A stretch of 64,000 nt of DNA, from contig OY759729.1 in assembly GCA_963662585.1 (NCBI GenBank), positions 1,216,001 to 1,280,000 of the forward strand, given 5' to 3'. Within the stretch, counting starts at the first letter, position 1, and each line of letters begins with the position of its first letter. Below are positions 22,101 to 31,758 of the stretch, in pieces. The translations under genes and the position numbers were made by a program. The notes beneath the pieces were generated by a model. That model saw only the letters and a list, made by a program, of their open reading frames with translations. It did no database searches and was not told the origin of the DNA. This DNA comes from Candidatus Cloacimonadales bacterium (GTDB lineage: Bacteria > Cloacimonadota > Cloacimonadia > Cloacimonadales > JAFGVF01).

Positions 22101-25100
22101 TAGACTTCATTGCAGGTAATTCTTCAGTAACTCTTGAAACTTCTGTTATTCCTTTAGAAGAAGGATTTATTCCTGTAAAAGTTCATGTAAATCGCAACAA
22201 TGCCAACGAAGCCTTAGTAGAAGATAATAATCTCAATAACTTTGCATCTCGTCCACTTGTTGTAGGTGATGTTGTCGTACCTGGTTCCATTGATGTAACA
22301 GCTACAGCTTCACCCGGAGTATTGTATGAGAATTCAGGACAGAACTTCACTCTTTATGGTTCTGCCAACTATGTAGATGTGCTTGACCCTAATCTTGATG
22401 TTTCAGGTTCTTTTGTTAGAATCACAATCAGAGAGACAGGACAAGTCTATACAACTCACACTAATTCTTGGGGAAATTATTCTTATACTATGAGAGCTCC
22501 AAACGCAGTCGGACTCTATAATATTGATGTTTATGTCACAGATTATACTTTGGAAGGAACAGAAAGTACAACCATTCAGATTATTCCTCGTCCTGAAAGA
22601 TACGACTTAAGAGTTCAAGTTTCTACTCTTCATTCCCAGTTCCCACGACTTAATCCTCCCACCAATGACACCTTCGATATCTTTCTTTCCGTCTCAAATA
22701 TTGGTAGTGTCGATATAAACAATGATATCACTGTTAATCTTAATGAAGGTTTAGCAGGTATGGGAGGAGCTAACTTAGCAAATTGGCTTATTGTAGGTGG
22801 TTTAGCAGTTGGAGAAAGTCAATCTTATGAATTTGAGCATCCTGGAGTAGCAGTCGAAGGTTGGTATTACTTCCATGGCCAAGCGACTCATGCTGATATT
22901 GCCTTAGAAGATTATACTAATAACAATGTAGATAATCATAATAAATTCATCTATCCTGCTCTTCCTGATTTATCTCCTATCAATATCTATTTTACAGGAC
23001 TTCCTGCCAATCGAAATCATGCTGTTGTAGGAAGACCTTTCACAGGAAACACTAGTATTAGGAATCTTCTGGTAACAGAATCAGAAGCCACTACTGCCAC
23101 TGTTGAGTATAAAGGAAATGCCACTGCTAATGTTTGGGTTCCTTTTAGTGTGATTGATGTTCCTGCTTTATCTGCCTTTGAATATGCCTATCTTGATTTT
23201 GATGCTGATATTCTTATTCCTGTAGGACAAGCAGGTTTCTATGAATTTAGAGTTACTGTTGACCCTCCTCTTCCTGGAATTGTCCTTGAAGATGATGAAA
23301 GTAATAATGTAAGAACGAGTACTATTGAAGTTAAGAATCCTGATTGGGACTTCTCAGTAAGATATCGTTCTCTTGAGATTTCTAATTATAATCCTAACTT
23401 CGGTGTGGGACAGGTAAACTTCACTGCTGATATTGAAAATACTGGAACTGATAGTGCTGAAGACCTTGAAGTTAAGTTTGAATATGCTCCTTATGAGAAT
23501 GGTGTCGTAACTGGTGCTTGGCAACAAATTGGTAATATTATAGTTATTCCTGCCATTGGCTCCAATGATATAGTCTCTGATGTAACTAGTGATGCTTGGC
23601 TTGTGCCAGATTCTGATGGTTATCTTTTGAGAGTGACCGTTGACCCTAATGATAATTTTGCTGAATATAATGAGCATAATAATGAGCGAGAAAGATGGTT
23701 AGGCTATGACTTCTATCCTTGGGCTCATAGTGATTATTATTCCACAACTGTTGGTTCTTCTGCATCTGTCGGTAGATATGTTTCTTCTCGTGCTAGCTGG
23801 CAAGCAGATGATCTTCGGGTTGTATTCTATGATTGGTTCCCTCATGAACCATTTGCTGTCGGAGCTGTTCCTGTTCAAATCGATGCTGATCAAATCATTA
23901 ACATTCCTGGCAATGAAGGTACTACTTTAGCAAGAGCCACACAAGTCTGGAATGAAATAGGAACTCACAAGATTACTTGTCATGTTGATATTACTCAAGG
24001 GGAAAATATGGCAGGAAAGCTTAATCCAAATCCTGGTCATGCAAACCACTTCCTAGGAGATTATGACAATGAAATCTATGAATCTAATAATGTCGATTCC
24101 TTCGTAATGGTTGTCTATGAACAGCTTCCTGACTTAGTAGCTTGGAGTGAATATATCAACCCTGAAATCCTTAATCCTGATGAAAATGAAGCTATTAGCA
24201 TTCAATCTTCCTTTGAAAATCATGGCTCTGGGGATATAGAAGATGACTTTGAAGTGAAGTTCTATATTGATTCAGTTCAGTTAGGAGACCCAATTCCTGT
24301 TAATGGCTTAGAAGCTGGACATAATGATGCAGTTCAAGCTACTGCCAACTTCTCTTCCCCTCTATCGGGTGCTCATGTTATCAGAGTTGAATTAGATTCC
24401 AATAACGATATTGCTGAAACTAATGAAGATAATAATCTGGCTTCTCGTGTTTTGATTGTAGGCCCTGCTCCCAATATGGTTTTCTGGGCTGACTTCCGCA
24501 ATGAGAGAAACGATACTTCTTTAGAATTATCAGACTCTTCTCCTTCCATGGGGCAAACTATTACTATCACGGCTAACCTTAAAAACGAAGGTAGAGAAAT
24601 TGGTGAAGGTTGGTTAGACTTCTATCATGTGATAGCTTCAGATTCAACCTTAATAGCTTCCCGTCAATTCTCTGTGGAAAGTGAGGCAACTGACCAAGTC
24701 TCAATCTCATGGACTGCTACTTCCGAATTTGGCTCTATCGTGGCTGTCATTAGAGATGTTACCCCTATGGAATATAATGAATTTGATAATAGTGCAGAAA
24801 TTGAATTTGGTCAATCTTTGCAATTTGTTGAAAGCTTCTCCAACACTGAAATCCAAGAAGATGCAGGTTCTCAACTTATCGGAAACCTTGCTTCCATTGT
24901 TGAAAATAGAGATGATACACAAGTTATCTTCTTTGCTACGGCAAATGTAGAAGCTACTGAAATCACTATCGACCAAGACTATCAGCTTTGGGTCAATCCT
25001 CCTGAAAATTATTATGGAACTATAATCCTGAATGTCGAAGCTTTAAATATCTATGATGATAGCATTGAAGCTAATTTCTCCATCATCGTGAATAATGTTA

Positions 25101-26044
25101 ATGACTTACCAGAAATAACTCTGCCTGATTCATTCACTATTAATAATGGAGAGACTAGTACTCAAGACTTCTTACCTTATCTATCTGATGTTGACGATGC
25201 TGAAGTAAGTCTCACTATCGCTGTGGAAGAGAATGATAATGTAGCAGTCGCAATTAGAGGAGTGGAAGTTGATTTCACCCCTAGCGAGTCTTTCGAAGGC
25301 CAAACCACTATCTATTTTACTGTTACTGACGGACACTCTGATGCTGTGATTTCGGATTCTGTCTCTCTAGTAGTCAATGATAACAATGATTCTCTTGAAG
25401 AAGCAGATGAGTTAAATCTTACTGAAACTGAATTTGAGAGAATTCTGGCAAATTCTGATACAGACTTCTATACTTTCACAGCTAATTCCGAGCTAAAATA
25501 CTTCGAACTTACTGTCCAAAAAGAGGAAGAAGTCCAAGTGAATGTCTATTACAGTGCCTTTGAAGATGGCTCTGGCGTTAATTTGAATAGTCCTGATTAC
25601 CAAGCTTCTAATAATGAAAAATTAGAAATCGAAGTTGCAGATTCTGGTTATTGGTTTATCAGAGTAAGAAACAATAATGTCGCAAAAAACAGAAATGATG
25701 CAGAATATACTATTGTTCTCAAGACTTTAGTAAGGCCTAAAAACATCACTACAAGCAGAGATGGAGATAACTGTATCATTACTTGGGATGAAGTTTCCGC
25801 TGCCAAAAGCTATAAAATCTATCGTGTAGAAAGACTTGATGAAGAGTGGGGTCAGCCATACGCAATCGTGAATACCAACTCTTTTGTTGATGAAAATACT
25901 GACTATAATCAAATCACCAATGCTAGTCATAAAGCTGTTTACTTCTACAAAATCGTGGCTTCTACAGAAGAGGCTATCCCTGCTAGAAAAACTAAAATTA
26001 ATAGAAAAACTCAAATTGGAAATAATAACCCTAATTTGAAATAA
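16136..26044 (+). CDS. Giant secreted multidomain surface protein (~3300 aa): FN3-like, chitobiase/Fn3-associated repeats, cleaved-adhesin-like, ASH/choice-of-anchor D, BACON-like, CARDB repeats, tandem Ig-like, C-terminal FN3-like
   Basis: Signal peptide from ATG 16136 (SD GGAGG); ~7 IYYTLDGSxP repeats; DFGxV...NTG repeats; ~7 E-x-x-x-x-NN CARDB-type ends; very acidic. Confidence 0.85.
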   Translation: MRKSCLLIVFLLLINLVSAIQSAPETFTYGYQSSWENYENQISLNWEYNAPDNYEIEEYELNRNDWSSPQIVEDMGWGYYQDSDITIGDVYTYSLRVFLTSTIDASRDSTDYAYLTADTDEISDLLDPPTNLSLASAFDWENNKIPVIYWDYTPPEGYSVESFYLQRNDEEMPQMVHLYESPWYYEDYNTEEGQSYSYTIKAMIANHNIMYNLMTEVSVTFEIDTSDLPLANITYNGWAPGEYNSITPLELSTAETGVDIYYTLDGSEPTTGSNLYASPITIPWGGEVTLKARGFKTGESPSSILSLTYTLSGYVTSLNPIDESINVNSDYPIFSWDYMESVSGYYLTIGTSTGGNDVLDNFFFDDNSDGFSYSSSNRFIPALNLERGTEYFWTLTTVQAGTGITIDNPEFTFTSSGSNAINTFPYQEGFETTTSGLLPAGWADINLGYTYHWSVSNWNAHSGNNSMQIYLSGQDDWLFSPPIEMSQGKQYEINFQAKSNQFTSHSWYLVSNTGLPSEDNISIVAAFPDFTANTSYRNISAVYDSYEDQTLFLAFKPISAFYTYLFVDDLTISQDYLAIESPEIAYDENIWQDNPFTLTLSHPRDNTQIFYYIADQGNQPYDYTNNFEEDKLLYSEAVNVAIGGSLKVYTQALNAEWDPSPIEEYDLLVKPILEAPSFLTPGGTYNEALSIELFSEIEDVEIYYTIDGSDPIMSASKVLYTEGNPIEIALNQTISIKAYSEKENFMPSVVVSETYSTLPKLDLVTFSPEAGNYTSEQNISLSNVEGASIYFTLDGSEPNEESSLYSEAILLLEHTVTTIKAIAYKEGYEESDVLEATYTITGQVATPSPSLESGIYSSPIEITLATSTEDSEIRYTLDNTIPTEASSLYDGTPILVDNFSSLTIKAIAIKENWANSEVMQANFEVTGQLSQVVFSHDSGDYEGTLNLTLSVPDYPTASIYYTTNNTAPTSESNLYEGQIVLNSPSEVTIQAIAVLENYLDSNPVLRDYQVRHKVASPTFNYLSGIYTEAIEVIISSSTSSAIVYYTLDGSDPLTGQIYSAPITLEEDSEYSFRAIAIKSGWYNSEEALVDYQITGKVSNPEIDLASGIYYEAITVTISNEMAEASMYYTLDGSLPSVESEIYIEPLTFNPGDEVTLSVIAFREDWEGSDLLVREYTLPDETYIGSVMMTSTSLTTEENPEFTYSILTNQTAGTVTTIISILDEAENEVASDSNIDMIFSGITNSFTREVTSPVRGFEEGNYYYRIDLVNAEGDTLDTFAPTSTFIVGTPAYTITGDENHDFGLVAAGSENSFSFTINSTGSLALELEITEPDSPFSVGFIPTVIGSGLSSEITVSFNPESYGNYSDELLLSTNAGEIVCSFTGQAVMGQYRDNISSLSATVDYGVTTERTFKIYNDSPVADLNVELLEDESWISLNGETALIEAGDSLLVTVTLGQIDLAGGEYSANLTINTDDLNNDQVIIPISLTINGASIAVSDNPIEVITGVGVDVDYKFAIENEGSEPLNYNLIDGADWLVADDANGIIAGNSAEPNELHFDGDIAVGTYTTEITIQSNDANTPELTIPVTFIVQDAIFGYLPANGQLDFGNVAVGSSKTMEITLKNTGNIPLTVNSLISADPAFTLNPQVEDLELAGGEEEVIEVIFTPLATIFYNNIDLEITYDDVNLVNFVMFGRGEDPNPAFTINWEDNLHDFGNVELASTETTTMKLFNTGNVELHFADFDYEDADITSLDDEDFTLDVGKDYTLEVSFTPDAIGEYSLDITLNTVELATQTATVRAFVFSNSNTSTLTYPEADPYLASLGVNPSTALAGTNFEFRVLYTDIDNQAPADGYPLFWLDLNHDGDVLDENELVLEMNEVDPLDVSYSNGKLYNCFMEVPYGYNPHYRFSAYDAGFKASEGQATLWKAGPLVVDEGLDLGLYASHIEFDNYHPDLGEEVQVTAHIQNWGDMSAEAVPVTFLLDEVVFDIQVIDFIAGNSSVTLETSVIPLEEGFIPVKVHVNRNNANEALVEDNNLNNFASRPLVVGDVVVPGSIDVTATASPGVLYENSGQNFTLYGSANYVDVLDPNLDVSGSFVRITIRETGQVYTTHTNSWGNYSYTMRAPNAVGLYNIDVYVTDYTLEGTESTTIQIIPRPERYDLRVQVSTLHSQFPRLNPPTNDTFDIFLSVSNIGSVDINNDITVNLNEGLAGMGGANLANWLIVGGLAVGESQSYEFEHPGVAVEGWYYFHGQATHADIALEDYTNNNVDNHNKFIYPALPDLSPINIYFTGLPANRNHAVVGRPFTGNTSIRNLLVTESEATTATVEYKGNATANVWVPFSVIDVPALSAFEYAYLDFDADILIPVGQAGFYEFRVTVDPPLPGIVLEDDESNNVRTSTIEVKNPDWDFSVRYRSLEISNYNPNFGVGQVNFTADIENTGTDSAEDLEVKFEYAPYENGVVTGAWQQIGNIIVIPAIGSNDIVSDVTSDAWLVPDSDGYLLRVTVDPNDNFAEYNEHNNERERWLGYDFYPWAHSDYYSTTVGSSASVGRYVSSRASWQADDLRVVFYDWFPHEPFAVGAVPVQIDADQIINIPGNEGTTLARATQVWNEIGTHKITCHVDITQGENMAGKLNPNPGHANHFLGDYDNEIYESNNVDSFVMVVYEQLPDLVAWSEYINPEILNPDENEAISIQSSFENHGSGDIEDDFEVKFYIDSVQLGDPIPVNGLEAGHNDAVQATANFSSPLSGAHVIRVELDSNNDIAETNEDNNLASRVLIVGPAPNMVFWADFRNERNDTSLELSDSSPSMGQTITITANLKNEGREIGEGWLDFYHVIASDSTLIASRQFSVESEATDQVSISWTATSEFGSIVAVIRDVTPMEYNEFDNSAEIEFGQSLQFVESFSNTEIQEDAGSQLIGNLASIVENRDDTQVIFFATANVEATEITIDQDYQLWVNPPENYYGTIILNVEALNIYDDSIEANFSIIVNNVNDLPEITLPDSFTINNGETSTQDFLPYLSDVDDAEVSLTIAVEENDNVAVAIRGVEVDFTPSESFEGQTTIYFTVTDGHSDAVISDSVSLVVNDNNDSLEEADELNLTETEFERILANSDTDFYTFTANSELKYFELTVQKEEEVQVNVYYSAFEDGSGVNLNSPDYQASNNEKLEIEVADSGYWFIRVRNNNVAKNRNDAEYTIVLKTLVRPKNITTSRDGDNCIITWDEVSAAKSYKIYRVERLDEEWGQPYAIVNTNSFVDENTDYNQITNASHKAVYFYKIVASTEEAIPARKTKINRKTQIGNNNPNLK

Positions 26045-26068
26045 AACCCTTTCACCCACCACTACACT

Positions 26069-26099
26069 AAAAAGGGACTATTATATGGTCCCTTTTTTT
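26069..26099 (+). terminator. Intrinsic terminator after the giant gene
   Basis: aaaagggac-tattatatg-gtccc followed by a T7 run. Confidence 0.75.
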
Positions 26100-26186
26100 C
26101 TTCTTTGATTTTAAATTGACAAAAATATAGGCGAATAGTAATAATGAAAATGAAATGGAAAATACTTAAATCAATAAGGAAAGTTA

Positions 26187-28598
26187 ATGAAAATCATTAT
26201 TAAAACTCTGTTAATATATCTTATCTTTGTTTGGTCATTTTCTCTGCTTTGGGGAGATGAATTAGCAGATATTTTAGAGAAAGATAATGAATATTTACTC
26301 AAGAATTTTTCTTCAATAAACCAGACATATTTGAAAAAAGGTTATCATCCTGAACTTATAGAGATGAATAGAAGAGTAATCAAGATTGCTAGAGAAAAAG
26401 GCGATTCTCTCAATATAGGTAGAGCCTTTTATAATATAGGAAGTCAATACCAAGCCAAGAATGATTATGATTCCAGTCTTAATTACCTGTGGCAAGCTGT
26501 TGCTATTTTTAAAGATTTAGATAATTATCTCAATTTGGTAATATCTTATAATTCCCTCTTTCAAATTTATGATAAATTAAATGACCTAGAAAATGCTAAA
26601 GATGCAATTTTCAATGCTCAAAAGTTGTTAGCAAAGATTGTTAGTAAGCATGAATCTATTCGTACATACGATAATTTAAGCAACTACTATAAAGATATAC
26701 GGGAATATGATAAATCTGTTGAACTGCAAAATATGGCTTTGCAGATTGCCCAAAAAAATGATTTTAAAACAGATATTGCCGCTAGTTATTTAGAATTAGG
26801 AAGTATTTATTTAGATAAAGAAGATTATGACAAATCATGGTATAATTATAATTTAACCTTGCAATACTTACCATTTATTGAAGATCAAATGTTTGCAGCC
26901 TATCTCTACAATAATATCTCTGCTCTTTTTAATAAGCAAAAAAAATATAATTTAGCTTATGAATATGCTATTAAATCTATTGAAATAAAAGAGAGCTTAG
27001 GCAAAGATGGAGCTTTAGCAAAATCCTATCAAAACCTTGGAGCAATTTACTTCTTCGCTGAACAGTATAATCTAGCTATTGATAGCTTCAAAAAAAGCAT
27101 AGTTTTAGCAGATAGTTTGCAAGATATCCAAACTTTAGTAAGCTGTTATTTAAATTTGGCAGTTACCTATAATAAGATTGATTTATACGATCTTGCTATT
27201 CCTGCTTATGACACACTGCTAACTCTATGTGAAACTTATGGTTTTGAAAATACTAAATATTCTGCTTATGGGAATCTAGCAATTGTATATCAGAATATTG
27301 GTGATTTTGATAAGAGTATCGAATATTCTCTCAAAAGTCTAGAAAATACCAATAGAAATGAAAGATATATTGCCAGAAATTACATCAACATTGCCACTTC
27401 TTACACTAATATTTCTGATTGGGAAAAAGCTATAGAGTATGCTGGAGAGGCAAATAAAATATCATATAAACTAGATGAGAATAGATATATTCTGAAAACA
27501 AATAATATCCTATCTTTAAGTTATGCAAATATTAATAGATATCAACAGGCTTATGATTCTCTCTTGGTATATGCTGAGTTATTAGACAAAATTTCTCAAG
27601 AAGACAAACAAAATTCCTTAGAAGAACTTAGAATAAAATATGAAACTGAAAAAAAAGATAATATTATTAAAGATTTAGAATTAGATAGCGAACTAGCCAA
27701 ACTCAAACTAAAACAATTAAATTATCAAAGGTTATTAGCTCTTATTGCCTTAATTATAATAGTATTTATCAGTCTTCAACGCTTCTTCATCCAGCGAAAG
27801 ATTATCAGAATAAAAGAAGAACTCAACCAAGATTTAGAAGAAAGAGTAAAAGAAGAGACTAACAAGCGAATGGAACACCAAAGAGCAATTGTTGAACAGA
27901 GTAGATTAGTATCTCTTGGTGAATTAGCTGCAGGTATTGCTCACGAACTAAATCAACCTCTCCAATGTATTAGCTTCGCTCTAGAAAACATGAAACTTAG
28001 TTTCCAAAAAAGAGGCTTTAGTGAAGAGTACTTCTTGGAGAGAATGGGACTGATTCTGCACGATATTTCCAGAATGAGTTCTGTTATTGACCATATCAGA
28101 ATCTTTTCCCGCAAGCAAAATCAAAATGAATATACACAATTTGACCTGAACTCAACAATTAAAAATGCTCTAAAACTAATTACTGAGCAATATGCAAATC
28201 ATAATATTGAGATTAGTGTTGAAACAATTAATGAAGAAACATGGATTTATGGTAATACTTACCAGATTGAGCAAGTAATTCTTAATCTTTTAACTAATGC
28301 TAAAGATGCCTTAGAGAAAAAAACAAGAGATAAAGTAATTAAACTAACCCTCTCCCAAGATTCGCAAAACTATATCTTGATTATTGGGAATAATGGTGAA
28401 CCTATTCCAAATGATATTAAGGAAAAGTTATTTTTACCTTTCTTCACAACCAAACCCCCAGGAAAAGGTACTGGTTTAGGACTTTCTATTGTTTATGGAA
28501 TAATTTCTGAACATAATGGAACCATATCATTATTAGAATCCGAGAATACTGCTTTTAAAATTACTTTGCCTAAAATAACCGAGGAAATAAATGACTAA
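26187..28598 (+). CDS. TPR-containing membrane sensor histidine kinase (NtrB-like)
   Basis: Signal/TM, periplasmic TPRs, TM, H-box [11 protein letters not shown]-box [21 protein letters not shown]. Confidence 0.93.
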   Translation: MKIIIKTLLIYLIFVWSFSLLWGDELADILEKDNEYLLKNFSSINQTYLKKGYHPELIEMNRRVIKIAREKGDSLNIGRAFYNIGSQYQAKNDYDSSLNYLWQAVAIFKDLDNYLNLVISYNSLFQIYDKLNDLENAKDAIFNAQKLLAKIVSKHESIRTYDNLSNYYKDIREYDKSVELQNMALQIAQKNDFKTDIAASYLELGSIYLDKEDYDKSWYNYNLTLQYLPFIEDQMFAAYLYNNISALFNKQKKYNLAYEYAIKSIEIKESLGKDGALAKSYQNLGAIYFFAEQYNLAIDSFKKSIVLADSLQDIQTLVSCYLNLAVTYNKIDLYDLAIPAYDTLLTLCETYGFENTKYSAYGNLAIVYQNIGDFDKSIEYSLKSLENTNRNERYIARNYINIATSYTNISDWEKAIEYAGEANKISYKLDENRYILKTNNILSLSYANINRYQQAYDSLLVYAELLDKISQEDKQNSLEELRIKYETEKKDNIIKDLELDSELAKLKLKQLNYQRLLALIALIIIVFISLQRFFIQRKIIRIKEELNQDLEERVKEETNKRMEHQRAIVEQSRLVSLGELAAGIAHELNQPLQCISFALENMKLSFQKRGFSEEYFLERMGLILHDISRMSSVIDHIRIFSRKQNQNEYTQFDLNSTIKNALKLITEQYANHNIEISVETINEETWIYGNTYQIEQVILNLLTNAKDALEKKTRDKVIKLTLSQDSQNYILIIGNNGEPIPNDIKEKLFLPFFTTKPPGKGTGLGLSIVYGIISEHNGTISLLESENTAFKITLPKITEEIND

Positions 28599-29961
28599 AA
28601 TAGAACAAACTGCCCTGATTGTTGATGATGAAAAAAGGATTACTTTTGAACTACAAGAGTTTTTTGAGATAAATGATTATAAAACCTTTAGAGCCCATTC
28701 AGTAGCAGAAGAAAGAGAGATTTTAGCAAGCAATAATATTGATATAATTATTCAAGATATTAGGCTTACTGATGGTTCTGGTTTAGATATTCTGACTGAG
28801 ATTAAAAAGCTCTTCCCTAATATAGATGTGATAATGATTTCCGGTCATGGGGATATGGATACGGTTATTGAAGCGATGAGATTAGGTGCAACTGATTATC
28901 TTAAAAAGCCTTTCACACATAATGATTTACTAATCGCCTTAGAAAGAATAAGTAAATCAAAAGAAAATAAGTTAAAAGTTGCCACTCTTACAGAGCAAAA
29001 GGCCTATATATTAGATAATATTGCCCAAAAACACTCCAAAGATATTATCAGTATCAGTGAAAATACCAAAAAAGTGATTGATGATGCCTGTAGAATTAGT
29101 AAATTCGATACTGTTAATGTTTTATTACAAGGAGAGACAGGAACTGGAAAAGAAGTCTTAGCGCATTTTATTCATAATATAAGTGATAGAAAAGATAATC
29201 TAATTGTCAGTGTAAATTGTTCTGCTATCCCAGAAACTATGTTTGAATCGGAATTCTTCGGCTTTGAAAAAGGTGCTTTTACAGGAGCTGAAAAGAGTAA
29301 AAAAGGCTTCTTTGAACTGGCAAACAATGGAACCCTCTTTTTGGATGAAATTGGAGACTTATCATTTACTGTTCAAAGCAAACTTCTGCGAGCAATTGAA
29401 TCTCAAGAATTTTACCCTCTTGGATCTCAACAAGCAAAACAAGTTAGCGTTAGAATAATCTCAGCAACTAACAGAGATTTAGAAAGTATGATTCAGAAGA
29501 GAGAATTTAGAGGTGATCTTTTCCACAGGCTTAACGGCTTTTCTCTTCATCTTCCCCTTTTAAAAGAAAGAAAAGAGGATATTCCTGCTTTGATTGATAG
29601 CTTTGTCATTAGGTTTAGCCGGGAAAATAAAAAAACAATACCTAAAATAGCACCTGAAGTTTATGTCCAAATAGCAAAACTTGACTTTGAAGGTAATATT
29701 AGAGAACTAAAAAATATGGTTGAGAAAGCTATGATTTTCTGTGATAATAATATCTTAACTTTAGAACATTTTGGTATATTATCCAATAATAACAATGTTT
29801 CTGGACTATCTTCTAAAACAAATCTTAACCTTGATGATAACGAAAAGAGTTTGATTATTGAAGCTCTGGAAAGAAGTAATAATAACCAGAGTCAGGCTGC
29901 TAAATTATTAGGCATTTCTCGTCATGCCTTGATTAGAAGATTAGAAAAGTTTGGGCTGTAA
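28591..29961 (+). CDS. Sigma-54-dependent NtrC-family response regulator
   Basis: Receiver (VDDE, DIRL, KKPF), GETGTGKE, GAFTGA, LFLDEI, GNIREL, Fis-type HTH. Confidence 0.95.
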   Translation: MTKIEQTALIVDDEKRITFELQEFFEINDYKTFRAHSVAEEREILASNNIDIIIQDIRLTDGSGLDILTEIKKLFPNIDVIMISGHGDMDTVIEAMRLGATDYLKKPFTHNDLLIALERISKSKENKLKVATLTEQKAYILDNIAQKHSKDIISISENTKKVIDDACRISKFDTVNVLLQGETGTGKEVLAHFIHNISDRKDNLIVSVNCSAIPETMFESEFFGFEKGAFTGAEKSKKGFFELANNGTLFLDEIGDLSFTVQSKLLRAIESQEFYPLGSQQAKQVSVRIISATNRDLESMIQKREFRGDLFHRLNGFSLHLPLLKERKEDIPALIDSFVIRFSRENKKTIPKIAPEVYVQIAKLDFEGNIRELKNMVEKAMIFCDNNILTLEHFGILSNNNNVSGLSSKTNLNLDDNEKSLIIEALERSNNNQSQAAKLLGISRHALIRRLEKFGL

Positions 29962-29982
29962 GAATTTCTTTTTCAAACTGTC

Positions 29983-30184
29983 CAGCCCTAAGTAATTTGA
30001 CTGATTTTTTTGCAATTATTATTTATTCTCTTAAACCCTTACAGGGTTACACGAATATTGGTTTGCCATACCCAGGGTCAATTTTTCTTCCAAAAATGAG
30101 ACCCTGGGCTAATCTATTTTATCCCTTGGTGATATCTTCTTAAATCATAAAATTAGTGGATATATTCATCTTTCTTCAAATTCT
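29983..30184. repeat. ~202-bp structured intergenic element, copy A
   Basis: Near-identical inverted copy at 34361-34562; diverged copy at 12312-12520; internal cccagggtc/gaccctggg hairpin. Confidence 0.85.
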
Positions 30185-30205
30185 GTCTGTATTCTTAATT
30201 GTATC

Positions 30206-31741
30206 TTATTCCCACTCAATAGTTGCTGGTGGTTTTGAGCTGATATCATACACAACTCTATTTACACCACGAACTTCATTAATAATTCTATTAGATACTC
30301 TTTTCAAGAATTCATAAGGAAGCTCAGTCCAGTCAGCAGTCATACCATCAGAACTATTAACAGCTCTTAAGGCACAAACATTCTCATAGGTTCTTTCATC
30401 ACCCATTACGCCAACAGATTGAATTGGTAATAGCACGGCAAATGCTTGCCAAGTAGTGTTATATAATCCTTTATCGCGTAATTCAGTGATAAATATATTA
30501 TCTATATTTTGGAGAAGTGTAACTTTTTCAGGAGTAATATCGCTAATAATTCTAACAGCTAAACCAGGTCCTGGGAAGGGATGTCTATCAACTAGAGTTT
30601 CACCTAAACCTAGTTCTCTTCCTACATTTCTTACTTCATCCTTGAATAATTCTCTTAGAGGTTCTACCAGCTCCATATTCATCTTTTCAGGTAAGCCACC
30701 CACATTATGATGTGATTTAATTGTAGCAGAAGGACCTTTAAAAGAGACGCTTTCGATTACATCAGGATAGAGAGTACCTTGGGCTAAAAACTTAGCTTTA
30801 GGGAACTTCTTAGCTTCTTGGTCAAAAATATCGATAAAAGTATTTCCGATAATCTTTCTCTTTTTTTCTGGGTCAACCACACCAGCTAGCTTTGATAAGA
30901 AGATATCAGCAGCTCTTACGGTATTTAGTTTTACTCCAAAACCATCTTGGAATATTTTTTCAACCTCTTCAACTTCATTCTTTCTTAATAGTCCATTATC
31001 AACAAAAATTGGAATAAGATTATCGCCAATTGCCTTATAAAGAAGAGCGCAGGCAACTGAAGAATCAACACCTCCAGAGAGACCCAAGATTACTTGATTA
31101 TCTCCCACCTGCTTTCTAATCTGATCAATACTATTTTCAATGAATGATAATGATGTCCAATCTTTTTTGAAGCCAACTAAATCAACAAAGTTATTCAGCA
31201 TCTTAGCACCGTTTTGGGTATGAACAACTTCAGGATGGAATTGTAGACAATAGAGAGGCTTTTCTTTATGTTTAATTGCCCCATATTCGCAATTATCAGA
31301 ATAGGCTAAGCACTCAAACTCTGCATTGATATTATGTACCTTATCTCCATGACTCATCCACACAATCTCTTCATCTGCAAGACCTTGGAAAATATTATCA
31401 TGGTTAGTTATTTTAAGTTTAGCATAACCAAACTCTCTTTCAGGAGATTGATCAACCTTATATCCTGATAAGTAAGCAATTAATTGCATTCCGTAACAAA
31501 CAGCAAAGATTGGTAAATCTAAGTCTAATATTCTTTTATCAGGAATAGGGGCATCTTCAGCATAAACACTATAAGGACTTCCTGAGAGTATTAGTGCTTT
31601 AGGATTCTTATCCAATACTTCTTGATAACTAATATTGAAAGGAACTATCTCACAATAGACTTTCATCTTTCTTATTTGCTTGGCTATTAGCTGGGTATAT
31701 TGAGACCCAAAATCTAAGATTAACAGCAGTTCATGGTTCAT
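30206..31741 (-). CDS. guaA: GMP synthase (glutamine-hydrolysing)
   Basis: LDFGSQY, QFHPEV, SGGVDS, KSHHNVGG, KPPATIEWE. Confidence 0.98.
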   Translation of the reverse strand: MNHELLLILDFGSQYTQLIAKQIRKMKVYCEIVPFNISYQEVLDKNPKALILSGSPYSVYAEDAPIPDKRILDLDLPIFAVCYGMQLIAYLSGYKVDQSPEREFGYAKLKITNHDNIFQGLADEEIVWMSHGDKVHNINAEFECLAYSDNCEYGAIKHKEKPLYCLQFHPEVVHTQNGAKMLNNFVDLVGFKKDWTSLSFIENSIDQIRKQVGDNQVILGLSGGVDSSVACALLYKAIGDNLIPIFVDNGLLRKNEVEEVEKIFQDGFGVKLNTVRAADIFLSKLAGVVDPEKKRKIIGNTFIDIFDQEAKKFPKAKFLAQGTLYPDVIESVSFKGPSATIKSHHNVGGLPEKMNMELVEPLRELFKDEVRNVGRELGLGETLVDRHPFPGPGLAVRIISDITPEKVTLLQNIDNIFITELRDKGLYNTTWQAFAVLLPIQSVGVMGDERTYENVCALRAVNSSDGMTADWTELPYEFLKRVSNRIINEVRGVNRVVYDISSKPPATIEWE

Positions 31742-31758
31742 CTATATTCTCCTAATCA

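Noticed and set aside
18600..26062. Short ORFs overlapping the giant gene
   Set aside because: Antisense or off-frame shadows with no motif support
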